Source: Raillietiella orientalis (lineage: Eukaryota). From it: DNA of 64,000 nt. Below, one piece after another: positions 1 through 13,600 of the stretch (its first letter is position 1; the number at the start of each line of letters is the position of its first letter). Both the position numbers and the translations under genes were made by a program. Location of the stretch: assembly GCA_036172245.1 (NCBI GenBank), contig JAYWIR010000007.1, forward strand, positions 1,240,001-1,304,000, written 5' to 3'. Below the pieces are notes generated by a model, which was not told the origin of the DNA, ran no database searches, and saw only the letters and a program-made list of their open reading frames with translations.

Positions 1-2120
1 GGAATCGCAGAGTCCTTCGATCTGGCGCAGTCCACCAGCGCATCCGACCCCGGGGTCTCCGGGGCTCATAGAGCAGGCCATGAAGAAGAGGTTCCGAGCC
101 ACGCTGTGCCGAGAGGGCGGAGGGGATTTGCTGTCCCGGAAAAAGGGGAGGCGAGGGAGGGAAGGACCCTACCGCGGGGGGTGGCTCAGCGGTGGACGCC
201 GCTGAGCCACGACTTCCGCCTACTGATCTGGACGCCAGCGCCCTTATAGATGACCTCGAAGGACGTCTGCGGAGGGACTGCCAGGGCGGGCACAGGGCCA
301 GTCAGGAGGAGGGGTGTAAGTGGCGACCCTGCGCCTCGCCGCGTAGCCACCTCCGCAGGGGGGGCTGCTCCGGCTGCAGGAGGGACGCACTCACATGCAT
401 GGAGAGCGTGTCGGAACCTGCGGGCGGGGGTAGGACAGGCGTACCCCTTGGTTGCTGTGGATTGCGTTGCCGTCTCGCGCGAGGAGCGGAGAGAGACGCC
501 TGAGCGCCGAAGACCCGCAGCAGGTGCGCTCCGGGCCGATCGCCTCCAAGCGCTGCGGTCTCGGGAGGAACGGATGGGACTGCGAGGACTTCCGCGTTCC
601 GGGAGGCCGGAAGAGGTCCCTGCAGAGCGTTGCTTCGGTCCCCTCGGGGAACGGCTGACAAAGAGGGCGGTGGCGACCGGCAGCCGCGCGCGGAGACCTC
701 GGCTCGGCTGCTGCCGCCATCGGCCGGTGGCGGCCGAGTTCAAACGGTTCCGCGCGCAAAAACGGAAGTGGAAGGAAAAGCTCGGAGGCTGTCGAAGCGT
801 CTCCCTTTCAAGGTTGGGGAATGCTGGCTGGCGGTGTAGGGGAATCTTTGCGAGGACGGAGGGCGCGGCAGGAGGGACCCTTGTGCCTCCAGGCGGTCGA
901 CTGGCTGCTCTTCCGGTGCCGGCTGACCGACTTGCACGAGCTACAGAAGGAGATCGGTCGCGTGGGAAGGCGTCCGCACGAACCCGCCTTCCAGTACTGG
1001 TCGAGGCCCGGCGACTGATCAGTTCCGACCCGCGTCTCCTCGGAGGCGTCCAGAACCTGACCGGAGACATGCCGACGAGCATTCCCGCCATCACAGATCG
1101 TCCGGTGGGATCATTCGGGGTCTCTCTGAGGGCACCGTGCGCGCGCGGTCGTCGATGGTCGGGCGGACACATTGCATGCCCTGAAGGAGTGGCTCGCGTC
1201 CCACATCGGTCTAGAATGGAGGACCGCGCAACTCGTGGCATCTGCCAGAGCCGAACCAACCGCCATCTGCTGCTCCTGCAGGACGCCTCATGTCGCTGAT
1301 GACGTCTTGGCGCTGGTATAGCTCTGCCCTCTTCGGCCGTTCGTCGTCGGTTACCCGAGAGATCTCCCACCGTGCCCCTACCCTCTTTTTTTCTCCCTCT
1401 TCCTCTTCCTTCCGGGGAGCCACCATCCCTCCTCACGAGCTAGCAAACGTGGAGATGGCGGCGGCGCGCCTCGAGCCATCCGCTGCTCCCCTGAACCTTC
1501 CGGCTGCCGAGGACGCCTCTCCACCTGGTCCGGAGACTCGCGCCACCCTTATGGCAAGATAGCCTGTGACTGCTCCGTGGCCGTGGGCCCTCTGAAACGG
1601 AGAGCCCTTCGCCATGGCAGCGGCGTGAGAAAGGGGGGCGCCTCCTCTCGAGCGTGCGGTGAAGTCCCATCGTTGTGATGGACCAGGCGCGGCGTCGGAA
1701 GAACAAGGGGAAGAAGACTTTCGGTGGCTGTGGGGCGTGCGCCGGAAGCGTCCCTGCACTCGTCTGCGCCGGGGGCGCTCCCCCCGGAGGCGCTATCCTA
1801 GAGCCAGCGTGGTCCTCCCACTCGACCGCCGTCCCGGGGTGGCGCTCGATACTCCATCTCCATCACAGGGACGCGCGTCCGCGCTCTGTCGCCCTCGTAG
1901 GCGCCGGTGGACGCCCGAGAGGACGGAAGCTGCCATCAAGCGCTCTCCCTCCGTGGGCTGCCACGCTCGCCTGCTAGCTGGGTCGAACCTCCTCCGCCAG
2001 AGGCTGTGAGATGCATTTCGGACTGCGCGTGGCGATCTTGGTATATCCACCGTCGCTTATCGTCTTGCGTGTTCAGGGAGAACACGAAGGTGCATGGCCG
2101 GCTGCTGCTCCTGCTTGATT
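1..2120 (+). mobile_element. Decayed 3' ends of L1/Tx1-like LINE ORF2 (probably more than one copy)
   Basis: Frameshifted CCHC-like remnants 'GCSGCRR...HSHAWRACRNLR' (~360-430) and 'GGCGACAG...' (~1720-1770), then 'AWRSWYIHRRLSSCVF' (~2020-2075), resembling the L1 ORF2 C-terminal IW..RN..F motif. Boundaries approximate. Confidence 0.35.
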
Positions 2121-3218
2121 TAACCTCCAAGAGTTGCAGCTCGTGGAAGCCGCCGGCTGCTCGCTCGTCGGTCTGGGACGGAGTCTTGTCCGCTGGCCTC
2201 CCTCCCCTCAGCAGCAGTTTTTCCGCAATCCTGGAGGTCGCCATGGCGAGCTTGCGTCTTGCTGCCAAAGGGGAGACCATGCAGCATCAAAGGTCTCCGT
2301 GGACGTGGGCTACGCCTGGGAGCTCGAAACACGCGTGACGCCTGAGCGCGTGACGTCATCGTCAGGTCTCCTCTTCCTTGACTCTCGCTCGTGAGCCCCG
2401 CTGACTGTTCCTACGAGGGAAAGGTGAAGCTGGAGCTGCACGTTGGGATGGGCGGGTTATGCCGGCAAAGTGCACGTCGCAGTGGGAAGCGCAACTGAGA
2501 GCATCCCTTGTACTGTGCGGCGGGGCGATGGGACGCACCCATCGTCCATCCACGTGTCGTGGGTGCTTGACGCGTGAAGTTTCCTGTCTTCCCTGGCTCG
2601 TTTGTGCTCGTGGGCGTGTGACCGCAAAGAAAAAGGAATGCATAAGGTGGGTGTCCTCGTCGGTGACGTCTGCTTCAATGTGTGAAATCAAGGTGTGCAG
2701 CGGACGACAAGCAGTCGGCATTTGGGTCGATAAGACCATTCAAATGTAGAAGACAGACGCCAAGAGCACGGATCGCTCATCTTCGGCTGCCTACTCGCCT
2801 TAGAAGGGATGCCTTTGATGGCATATTTTATTTTATTTTTTTCTTTATTACCGCCGACTGGTTCAGAGCTGGCCAGGACGATGAGGGGGAATACGAAAAG
2901 GTTGCATTTTGTGACTTCCTCTCTCCAGAGACAGGAGGAACCGTGCCAGAAACCAGGGATTCAGCGTCACGCCTGGATTCCTTCTTAACGGCCACAGAAA
3001 GCAACCGTGGTCCCTTCTTGAGCGCGTATCGCACGTGCAGCGGGTTGCGAGCGATGCCAACGCATCCCTTGCACTGCCAACGCATCCCGAAGAGTCCCCG
3101 CACGGAGAACAGCAGCCCCGGCGCCCTGTCGCCCCGGCGCCGATCGCGTCGCTGAGTGGTACGTGCTGCCCTTTCGTAGAATATCCTCGCATTGGACTTC
3201 TGCTCTCTTCGAGTCTTT

Positions 3219-6198
3219 TTATTTTTTGTCCAGAAGCCTCAGTTCCTTCATTTTTTCCAGAATCTCTGCTTCTATTATGCACTTGTACAGCTTCTCCTTC
3301 CCCAGGGCTTTCATCTCAAGCAGGAAATTTTTCCTGTCTTCAATTTCGTTCAGCACTGAAAGTGAAAGCGGAGACACGTCAAAGCGCGAATGCGAAGCTC
3401 TTACATTCCTCGGACCTGGTGGAAACCTTCTTGGGAGGAGTCGGTGCCTTCGGAGGCGGGCCGGAGACCGATTTCCCACACGCCATTATGTCCTGGAGCT
3501 TCTGCTTCTCCCTCTCGTACCTGTCTGGAAATGCAAAGGGAAGAAGAGGGGCAAATGCGAAGAAGAACAGAGTGAGGCTCCTGCTGAGAGGCACCTGTCT
3601 TTCGGCGCTTGCGATCGTTTTCGTTTCTTGTTTTTCGCCGGCGCGACATGCTGGAATCTGTGGCTCCGACGGACCGCGCGTGAGGCATTTCGTCTCCCAG
3701 ACAGCGTGACAGAACGACAAGTCCCAAAACACCAAGGTGCTTTCGGACTTGGAAATCGTCTGGCACGCAGGAAGATCCCAGAAACGAAAGCTTGCAGAGT
3801 GAGAATGGCTGGCGGTCAGGAAGGAACATGTGCTACATGTTTTCAAACAGTTGCTGCTACTTATAGACAGTGCCATAGGGCGGCGACTCCCTCAACAGGA
3901 TTATCCTGAGAAAAGGCCCTGGACCCACATCTGCACAAGGAAAGTGAACTCTCGAAGCCACCGAAATCCGGTTGCGGTGGGACTCGTTGTGAAGGCACGC
4001 GGGAGGTGGCGCGCGCGTTGAAGGACCTTCCAACCATCTGTCTGTCTCTTGTGCAGTCGGAGGCTTCGTCCTCCTCTGTGATCGGATCCGATGTCCATCC
4101 GACAAATGAATGACAAAGGGTGCAGCACTTCTGCAAGATGTAAGGTTGGAACGCAGCGGAAGCTCTCATGAGGTTCAAACCACCAGAAACATTTTATGGG
4201 GGGGAGAAGTGCAAGTTTCCATTTTGCCCTCTATTCCGCATCTAACTTTTCTGCATCTCTACTCATTCGCATGGTTCACGGATGAAAGCAGAGTGAATGC
4301 GCAGTGGCAGCTTTGGGGGGTGGAAGGCCACATGCTGCCATTCAGCGTCAGCACAGGACTGAGAGTACATTTGACCGCTCTTCACGGTCCCTCAGCTCGT
4401 GTGAGTTTCGTTTTGCTCAGCCTAAAATCGGAAAAAGTGCGTAGGAAGTACCATTTACAATGGTGCTGCGTTTGGTACCCTCGGACTCCTTCCTTCTGGG
4501 AAGACCCGAGTTCTTCGAAGAGGAACCGGAACGAAGAAGACGCTTCCTGGAGAACACGTAGGTCCGGGGAAAACCTCAGCAAAACGAAGGCCTGCATGAC
4601 CCTGTTGATAGGAGGGAGGTCGGAGGAAGAGTTGCGAGAGCGGAGGAAAAGACAGTTAGTGTTCGTAGTTGTCGTCCACGACATCCGTGGGTCTCCTGAT
4701 CCTGGAACCGTGAAAGATGCTCCCAAAGAAGTTCAACATCTCCGAACACCCCGAAAAAAGACTGCGGAAGAAACGTAACTTTTGATGGAAACAGTTCATA
4801 GATCCCTGGATGTAACAGTCTTCCTTTTAAAACAAAAAAGAAAGAATCCGTCTGGAACTTGAATGGGTGGTATTGAAAGCGCCGAACAAGACATGCAAAT
4901 GCTATGTGCTCAGAAATCTCTTTATCTGAATCATGAGGCACGCCCGCAGCCGAGGATTTCTCTGGACTAGAAGTGGACATTAGAAGTAGACATTCGCAGA
5001 CTTTGAGGAATGCGAATGCATTAATAAATAAAGGCAGCTCCTCTTCATTTGAGGCGATTGGGATGCAACTATTCGTGAACAATGTCGTCTCCCTACCAAT
5101 ATCCAAGAGAATGATGGTTGTAGGAGCGGGAGCTTGGGACCAGTTCGTTTTGAGTGGGGAGCCAGACACCTCTTCGCGAGCACTGACCAAGACCAATTGG
5201 GAAAGGGAGCAGGGAACGTGAACGTGATAAAACGGCGCGTGACCTTCCACAAGAAACAAAATCGTAGCTTCTTGTACGCGCTGAATCAGCCAGTGAAATG
5301 ATCTTCACGAGCCGCTTCTACGGCAGGAGGTAATGAGTCAGTACTATGCAGCAGTTGTTCTCCGAAGCTCTCCTTTGATTCAGGAGGCGACGGAGAATCC
5401 AGAAAAACTATGCACATAGAGCAGCGGAAGAAAGGCGCACGCTGTGGTAGCTGGAGCATCAATGGAATATGCGGGACGCCCTCTGTCCCAGGCAAATGCT
5501 ATCGGGAAAGAAGGGATCGATGCAGCCATAGGGTGCAGAAGAGAGCCAAAGTCCGCAACAAGCGATCTAATGTGACTGAAAGTCGAGCCTGGCACAGACA
5601 GGATAGAAATTCGAGAGGAACGCATTGCCCACTGATGTGGTGGAGCTTTCTTGGGATCCCAGGATCGTATGACGTAACAGGAGAACGGGAGTGTGCGTGC
5701 ACTTCCTGCAATGCACCTTTCAAACAGCAGGAAGAGAGTGCAATTGGTTCTAATAATCGACTAAATTATTATGAGGTGAGGACACGTCCTATGAGTACTT
5801 CATTAGGTAGGAATTAATTTATTGACTTCAGCGTTTCACGGAAGTAAAGCTGAGATGCTTACATCATCCAGAAAGAATTGAATAAATTGAAACTCAAATG
5901 TCTTGTTAGTTTCATTGAGTGGATATGCAAATATGCAAAGTGCTTTCAAACTTCTCAATGTCAAATTACTTACAGTCAGGTTGTGTTGGCCTGAATTTTT
6001 CTCTTTCGAGATCACCGCGTTTTATTATGGCACTTCTTGGCCGTTTACGGCTGATCTTCTCCGTCGACTTTGATCGAGTTGGCTTCGGCTTCGGTTGTGG
6101 GCTTGCAAACAAGTGCAGAGGTAGAGGCTTTCCACTGCGCATGCACTTCAACAGTACTTCTTGCTTAATGAAGCTTAGTCTTGTTTCTTTCATCAGAG
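3219..6198 (-). CDS. EVG1: UPF0193 protein EVG1 (C22orf23) homolog; three coding exons resolved (6198-5974, 3524-3405, 3355-3219), first exon unresolved
   Basis: Spliced product LMKETRLSFIKQEVLLKCMRSGKPLP...GDLEREKFRPTQPD-YRYEREKQKLQDIMACGK...EELLNEIEDRKNFLLEMKALGKEKLYKCIIEAEILEKMKEL follows the EVG1 pattern (MKESKL...EKEKQRLQNIFATGK...EIQERKEFLADMEALG). All junctions are phase-1 GT-AG; the last intron is 49 nt. A phase-compatible candidate upstream exon lies at 6797-6727. Confidence 0.85.
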
Positions 6199-9100
6199 CT
6201 AAACACCAAGAGGAAAGAAAGAAAGGGAAAAAGACGAATTAGAAACGCTTGTTGGCACCGACTTGTCCGAGATCGCTATCACACTGGAGACCGAGGTCAA
6301 GGAATCACTTCGGACCCTTACTCGAATTTGCCATCCACTTTGGACGCTCGCAAACGATGCGAATCAGCAACCATTGCGCTCTCTTTAATGACCCGAAAAT
6401 GGCCTTCGAGCTGCCATAATGGCGGATAATTGAAGTACGTTTGATGCCCACCTTGAATCGTGTGATTAAATGCAGAAGAGTACCCAAGTGCACAGGTGCA
6501 CAGGTGCATCTCCGTTCCTGCCTACGTTACTGAGATTGATCTCAAGGCAAAAGAATCCAATTGTGCAGACAAACATCGTCTGGATTAAGAGTGTCATCTC
6601 AAGTTTCAATTGAACTGAAGAAAACATTGGCATCCATGTGTCCTAAGGGTTTCATCCGCAACAAACTTTAGGTCGATACTTTTCCCAAGATCTTTTAGCT
6701 ACCGAATTTCCGATTTTTGATCGTACCGTTTTGGACTGCAGTTTGAAAACGCTTTCCAGCTTTTCTTCTAAGCTTTGGTTTTCTCTCTATCTGGCACCTA
6801 CAAAGGAAGAGAGGGTGTGCCTCCTGCCCAATACATTTTAGGGTATACTCATTGGTGAAAACTGAAACTGCACGTAGTTTATGCTCACGTTCGGTTCCAC
6901 AGCAAACTGAGATAACGCGCAATTTCCCCCAGAATGCCAAGCCATCGAAACTCTCCTAGCACTCAGAGATGAGCTGCAGACAAACAGCAATGATGTGCAC
7001 AGCAAAGCAGCCATCAAGCACAATCAAATTTGCAAAGGGTATCGGAGATTTTACCTCCTTCGCGATTGCCAAATCATCACCTTGCTCCAGAGTGACAAAT
7101 CTTCTGATCATTCGACAAGTGTTTCAGATGACCACTTGTGCGGATTAACGATATAATTAGTTTTAACAGTAGTTTCATTCGATGGTCTGCCATTTTATCG
7201 TTGGTCCAGATACGTAGCTAGCGACAGAGAAATGAGAGCCACCGTGAACGAGCCGTTGATTTCTCCTCCATGTGAAGCTCGACAGTCGTCACCAAATCGC
7301 ATCGACTGTGGGCTTCTGGTGAAGCACATGTGCATGGGGACTCAAGTCAACCAATGTCTTTATTTCACATCAAAATCGATGCGCAGCACGAAAAACAGCC
7401 CGCAGTCGATCGAAATGAAAAAAAAAAAAAAAAAAAAAACGAGAGCTTATCGATCATGGGAACAGTGTGATTACAGAAATCGTCTTGATGTGATCCAGGA
7501 TTCGTGATCCCGCTAGATTTTAAGGAAATAACTTGGGACTGACTCAAAGAGATGGTTAAAAAACATGAAGATCAATGGGAATCCTTCTCATTTCTCATTA
7601 AACACGCCTAGTCCCAAAAGGAACACTTGTCTTGGGCAAACTGAATATTTAATATAATAGTGCAGTGTATCTCGAAGGTGAACTTTGAGAATGGCTGCCC
7701 GCGTTCTCCTCACGCAGAATCCGCCTTTCAAGCTTTTTGACGCCCATTAAGTATTCTCGTAAACACTCGTATGCTGCGTTCTCCCAGTTTCGCATCTAAG
7801 GCAAAGGTTCGGCATCTTGAGACTCGTATGCGCTTTTTTTTTTTTTTGTACTTGAAGATATTTCTTCGAGTACCTTCACTCTTTTAGTGAAGAACACAAA
7901 AGTGTGCGTGGCCTTGTGCGGTATTCAGTTCTTAAAATGATTCGGAGCTTGAGAAAAATGCAAGACCAATATTCCTTTGAAGAATAACGCAATTCAACAG
8001 AAGAAATGGAACGATTCGTGGAAGGAAAAAGTACAACAAGCACCCAACTGAAACTAAGAATGGTGAAAGATTCCAAAGATTGCCGATGCAGCGGCTTTAG
8101 TAAATTTTAAATAAGGAAACACTGCAGATGCTGAACTTCCCAAAAGTTCAACCCTTTGAAGGAATGTTACAGTGCTCCGGTGAATCCTCGTCTACCTCGA
8201 ACTGACGTCGCAAATTGAATTCCTCAACTTTCATTGCCTACAGCGCTTCTCTGTTGTTCAAACAGCCGTCGGTTGTGTACTTTGGCCGTCCATGATAAAC
8301 ACAGTTTGTCTGTGCCACAATCTGAATTGCCGAGGCACGTACTGCTTGTATCTCGGATGCCACAAAGGTTGCGCGGTGTTTCTCCGATGTCAATCCTTCA
8401 GTCACAGCTGTCGTTCGTTAATGCCGTCTAGAGAATCTTTATTTTATTGAATCTTCGCGAAAACTCCAATGGGTGGACTCTTTACTGAAAGGAATGGGAC
8501 GCAGTTGCCGACCGAAGATGATCATTTTTTTTTTTTGACCCAGGGATTTCCAGCAGACAGCAGAAAGGAACGCTTGTACGTGCCGGTATATGGGAAAACC
8601 ATATCGTGCGGCTACCGAGTCAGCCGCGATTTGAGAGAACAGAGTGATCCAGCATCCAGCAGACATTCTTCATCTGCAACGAATGTTTGGAAAGCACTGT
8701 CACACCAGGAAATGAGTCGCACAAGGAAATGGAGGAGTTCCCTGAACTCGATGACGAGCTGTTGCTCATGCTCCCCGTGACCTTGCAGCAGTTGCCACGT
8801 TTGACGTCTGTAGCTCTGACGTTCGTCCACGCAGGTTTCCGTTTCCGTAAAACGGAACGCAAAAGATCTAACCAGCAACGGCCATCGTCTTTAAACAGTG
8901 GCTTACCACTTGTCTGCTGGCTTTTCGGTGGCTCCCAGAGACTTTGCTGTCTCCCGCACTTGTTTCGCTACTTTTCTGAAGGTTCAAGTACCAGACCACG
9001 CGGTTCGTTCTCTCCGAGGAAATCAGTGTCTCCATGTTTCTTGATGGGACCAGAGACAGCTAACGGAAGCGCAAAGTGTCCTGAGCGTGGAGGTCATCCT

Positions 9101-9884
9101 TAGTGGCGCAAGAGAGTTGTGGAATCTTTAGATCACGCTGTATACGTGGCAAAGCAGCAATGAGTTTTCTCGAATACATTCTTCCCCCTTCCCAAACTCA
9201 TTGCAATTTCCATGTTGCAGCTTGCATTGCATGCAAAAACTTTCTCGAAATGATTCCTGTGGTTCATACGACTGCTGCCTTATCATCAAAAAAATATCTT
9301 TTAACACGTACGATTTTCGAAAGGCAGTTTTTCTGAACCATCTATTCTAAAAGTAGGAATGCCATGCTTCTTAATTTTCTACCGGATCACTGTTGGCTTC
9401 AATCAGTGATCCTTGCTTCAATTTCAATTTAATGATGATTTAAGGTCATCACTTAGCTACAGATCAGAACAGACGACCCCTCTGTGACAAAGAGTTAGTC
9501 GCATCTCCGCTGAAGGGTAAAGTAGGTAGAAGGTAAGGTAGAAGGCACCCCAGTTTTCTTGGGAAAGTATTTCTGCGAAAATAAAAGGTCGCATTCAGAC
9601 CGGCATACGTAAATCCTGCCTTTGCGTTTGCAAAATAAATAATTTGCTCCATGCAGTGGTGCCAGTAATCATCCTGGAAACAATACGCCGGGACAAACAG
9701 GAACTGTATTTAATGGATCCTCCTGCCTTTACAAATGCAACAGTGATGTATCAAGCTACAGAATGAAGCGAAAGACAACATACGTCACCTGCTGGGATAC
9801 TCGGCTTCGAAATGCTTAAAAGCTGCAAAAAAATTCAAAGGCCATTTGATTGCTCCATCTGGTTCTTTGCGATCGAAGTAATTA

Positions 9885-10674
9885 TGAGGCTCATCTCAAA
9901 AGTAAGAGCCGATCGGATATAAAGAAAGAACAAATAAGAGGAACAAAAATGTATGGGTGGTTCGAAACACATACATCCCCATGCCATTTTTCTACGTGGT
10001 CACCATTCCTTTCCAACCACTTTTGATACCGTGGAACGAGCTTTTTGAAACCTTCTGCGTACAAGTCACTGGGCGAAACTGTGAGGATCAAAAAGTTCCC
10101 ATTTGAATTTCCGAATTGTCTGGAATGTGCAGACAGCAATGCGTGGGACCAAAAGAGTGTGCTTTTGGTGGACTTTATGCAGTCGGGAACAACCGCCACT
10201 TCGCAAGTCTACTGTGTAGGAACACTTTCAAAACTGCGGCGTGCCATTGAGAACCGACGGCGTGGAATGCTGACATCAGGAATCGTTCTTCTCCTTCGCG
10301 ACAACGCACGCCTTGGCAACACATGCCGTTCACCCATTCCAGGCAATTCGGAAATTCGGATGGGAACATTATGATCCCCACCTTGCAGTCCCACCCAGTG
10401 GCTACCACGTCTTCCTTCCTGCACCTCCAGAAGTGGCTCAACGGTTCGAGAGGGAACGCGAGAAGTTGAAAACTGCAGTGGTGCTGGACTGGCTGAACAT
10501 CCCGGCGGCGGAATTCGATGCAGAGGGTTCAAAAAGTTTCGTGGTATCAGAAGTGTTTGGAAAGGAGTGGTGACCACGTAGAAAAATGACACGGGGATGC
10601 ATGTGTTTCGAACCACCCATACATTTTTGTTTCCTCAATTTGTTCTTTGGCACTTACTTTTGAGATGAGCCTCG
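9885..10674 (+). mobile_element. Non-autonomous mariner (Tc1/mariner) derivative, MITE-like, with ~175-bp inverted ends and TA target duplication
   Basis: Left end TA|TGAGGCTCATCTCAAAAGTAAG; right end CTTACTTTTGAGATGAGCCTCG|TA. The internal transposase remnant WDQKSVLLVDFMQSGTT...YC...LSKLRRAIENRRRGMLTSGIVLLLRDNAR is a mariner catalytic-region fragment with frameshifts. Confidence 0.92.
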
Positions 10675-13600
10675 TACTTATTCCTTCGAGTCATCGCTTG
10701 TAACGATACACGACTAGTTGTAAACTTCACCCGAGAAGGCTGCAGATCGGCACCTCTTGAAGAGGGGACTGTCTGAATTCTCACGAAGATAAGAACGAAT
10801 CGCATGATTTTGTGGAGAGCTGTACAGAAACTAGGATTATGCTAAGCCCTTTCAACAGTTCCCTCCCCTCCTTCCCTTCCTAAACAGACGAGATTGGACA
10901 AGAACTTGAACCAGTCTGAAAAGTCGAGACAGCCGTACGCGACGCACTATCTCCACTCTTCCTCTTTTATCACTCTTTTATCACCCTCACGATCTAGAAA
11001 CGGTTTCGGAAAATATGCGGAGTAAATCGCTTGTACCAGCTTTCGAGATAAGGTGCAGCAAACTCCACCAAAGGCGAGGTCTCCGAGGAGCCAAAGGTAA
11101 ACCTGGGATTCCCAGGAAAGGCGGTGAGCCCGCAATCGATCCACAGAGATCTCAAATGCATACGGGCGAGTCCTCGAAAGCAATTCCTCTATTAGAAAAC
11201 TGCGAAAATTCGGCCACGGTCGATGGAAGAATCTCAGGAAATAGGCAAAAGCAGAAAACTATGGCTTTGGATGGAACTGGGTTAGATCTGATGCACGGAA
11301 GTTCGAAGCTGCACGAAGGCCGTAATGCGAAGGATCGAAAGTCCTTCCTTCAAAAGACAGATCTTTTTGGAGGGGAAAAAAAAAAAACGGAAGGAGAGGG
11401 GGAAAGAAGGGTAGAATGCTCTCGATAGTTCTGTTTCCGCGACCCAGTGATTGTGAGACATTCGAAAACGTCTCGAAGTGTGCGGACGTTCTACGAAAGC
11501 CGATGCAGTCCTCAGCAGACATCTTCGACAGGAGATCTTAAGCGTGACGTCGTGTTGGAATCTTCCAACCTATCATTTCGCTTGCCGTTGCAAGAAATCC
11601 TGGCTCGGGAACGGAATGTGCCACGTACCCTTCAAGAGGTTGCTGGATTCTTCGCTGTACTTCATCTTGGGAGGGGCGGCTCTTTGGATGGAGGCACCTG
11701 CATTCCTGGCATCCATGTGGTTCCCGTCACTTCGCGGAAGGTGAGCTGAATCCGTGCTGCTGGTTTGCTCTCAACAGGCCCCAAACGATGACGCCATCAC
11801 GATACCTGAAGAGGCGGCAATGGAATGGTGGAAATCTTACAGCAGATGAGGGCAACACTGCTATAAGCAATGATGCGCAGAAACAGGAGAAAATAGCACG
11901 TAGCTCTCTCCTACAAATGCGTTTTTGACATATTCGCTTACATTCGGGACGCGTACATTTCTTTCTTTCTTTCCTTTGTCTAAACATATTTATCACATTC
12001 GTGTTCTCATAGGAATGCGTACATTTGCGCACGTACAAGTATGTTTCAGCATGGTGCACGCAAAAGACAGCAACAAAGAAACGCTTTTTGAACTTTACTT
12101 TCCTTTTTTGCATAATGTACATGGAATTTTCACGATTCTTCTATGCTCTTTTGGGACCAAATCTTCGGGCTCGCATTCCTACGCACAGCTTCAAGCTCAG
12201 TCAAGGCTTTGCCTATCTAAGCTTCAAGTTTAGACGGGCAAAGGGTTACATGTCGTCTCGCACCCATCCCACGCATTCAAATTAAATTTACTCACATTCT
12301 TAATGCATCTTCACACTACAGAGAAAGAGAGGGTGAATGCTTCGAACAAACACAGCCATCAATCTCTTGTTTTTTTTCCTGTTTACGCCCGTTGCCATGG
12401 TGATCCGAACTCTGCGTTCGCGCTTTTCCTCTCGTCACGTGCATTGAGCATCGTTTCTTCTACCTCGAGTGAGAGGAAGTGATTTCGGAGCGTTTCCATG
12501 GCATGCTTAAGGCTTTTCGCCTTGCCGCCTTGAATTCGTCGGGAAGCCAGGAAAGTATGACCCCTCTCCCTCCCTCCCAGCGTATCTTCTTTCCTGTGGC
12601 GAGAAAAGATGGCCGAGGGAAGCCCAGGGAAGACTCCGTTAGGCTTGGGATTTCTCGGGACGTGGATCTGGTCGGTACACCTGGAGTGCTTGACACAGAT
12701 CAGGTGAGCACTTTGAAAAAAAACAAACAAACGTCAGCTTCTTGAGATTTTCCCTTAGGTAATCCAAGAAACGAGAGGTTCCTTTCGCCGACACCAACCT
12801 CAGAGCTTCCGTGGACAGCACGAAGGAAGCGGAGGCAATCAACACGACAGCAAGTCCTTCAAAGAAGGGAACAGCAGCAACTGCTGAAGAGGCAAAAAAG
12901 AAAAAAGAAAAGAGAGGGCCCAAAGGCAGCAGGACAGGGAAAGGAGGCGGGATGGAGAGTGGAGGCCATCGAGGCACAAGCGCAAAGGCCGCCACGAGGA
13001 CATCTGCCTGAATATCAGTGCCGCAACCTTGGTAGGAAGCGAAGCTGCGGAAGCAGAGGTCAAATCTCCCGTGGACCAAATGCCAAAAGAGCCCATCGGA
13101 GGGGAGGTGGAAGGCGCCGCGAAGCTCAGCATGAAGAAAAGGGAAAAGAAGGAAGAAGGAGAGTGGTTGACCGCGTGCCGCCAGCACCGTCGATGCTGGT
13201 CGTTTCGTCCCTTTGCTCGCCGACCTCCCTTTCCCGTAGAGGTCAGCGACCAAAGTCTCACGGTCGCCCTTCACGTCCGGCCCATCCGTTTGAAGTGAGA
13301 AAGACCACAGGTACTCTCGAAAGGGGGGAGGAGACACTCGCAGGGGAACACCTACTATCTCTTGTCACGTGCGTGGGCCGGGAGAAGACGAGTTCCTGTC
13401 GATCCTGTTCCCCTCTCCTCCCTTCCCGCACGAAGGGGACAGACGCGAGCGAGTAACGCAAGGCGGGGAGTCGCTGGAGAAGGGAACTCGAGGTGGGGAC
13501 TCTCGATGAGGCCATGCTGGTCGATTACGAAGGGGAAGCAGAGTGAGCTTCCAGGATGATTCGGGACAGTGTTCTTCCCTCTTCCCCTGCTCGTCCCGTT

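Noticed and set aside
186..1436. Long ORFs (416 aa on -, 349 aa on +) and similar 200-350 aa ORFs in GC-rich blocks
   Set aside because: Arg/Gly/Pro/Ser-rich with no domain signature; expected from stop-codon scarcity at high GC and overlapping TE relics.
1936..2280. PH-domain-like ending (TFVFSLNTQDDKRRWI) on the minus strand
   Set aside because: No supporting exons, and the opposite strand fits an L1 ORF2 C-terminus better.
9431..9513. ATGATGA...CTGA pair resembling a C/D snoRNA
   Set aside because: No terminal stem and no identified host intron on that strand.
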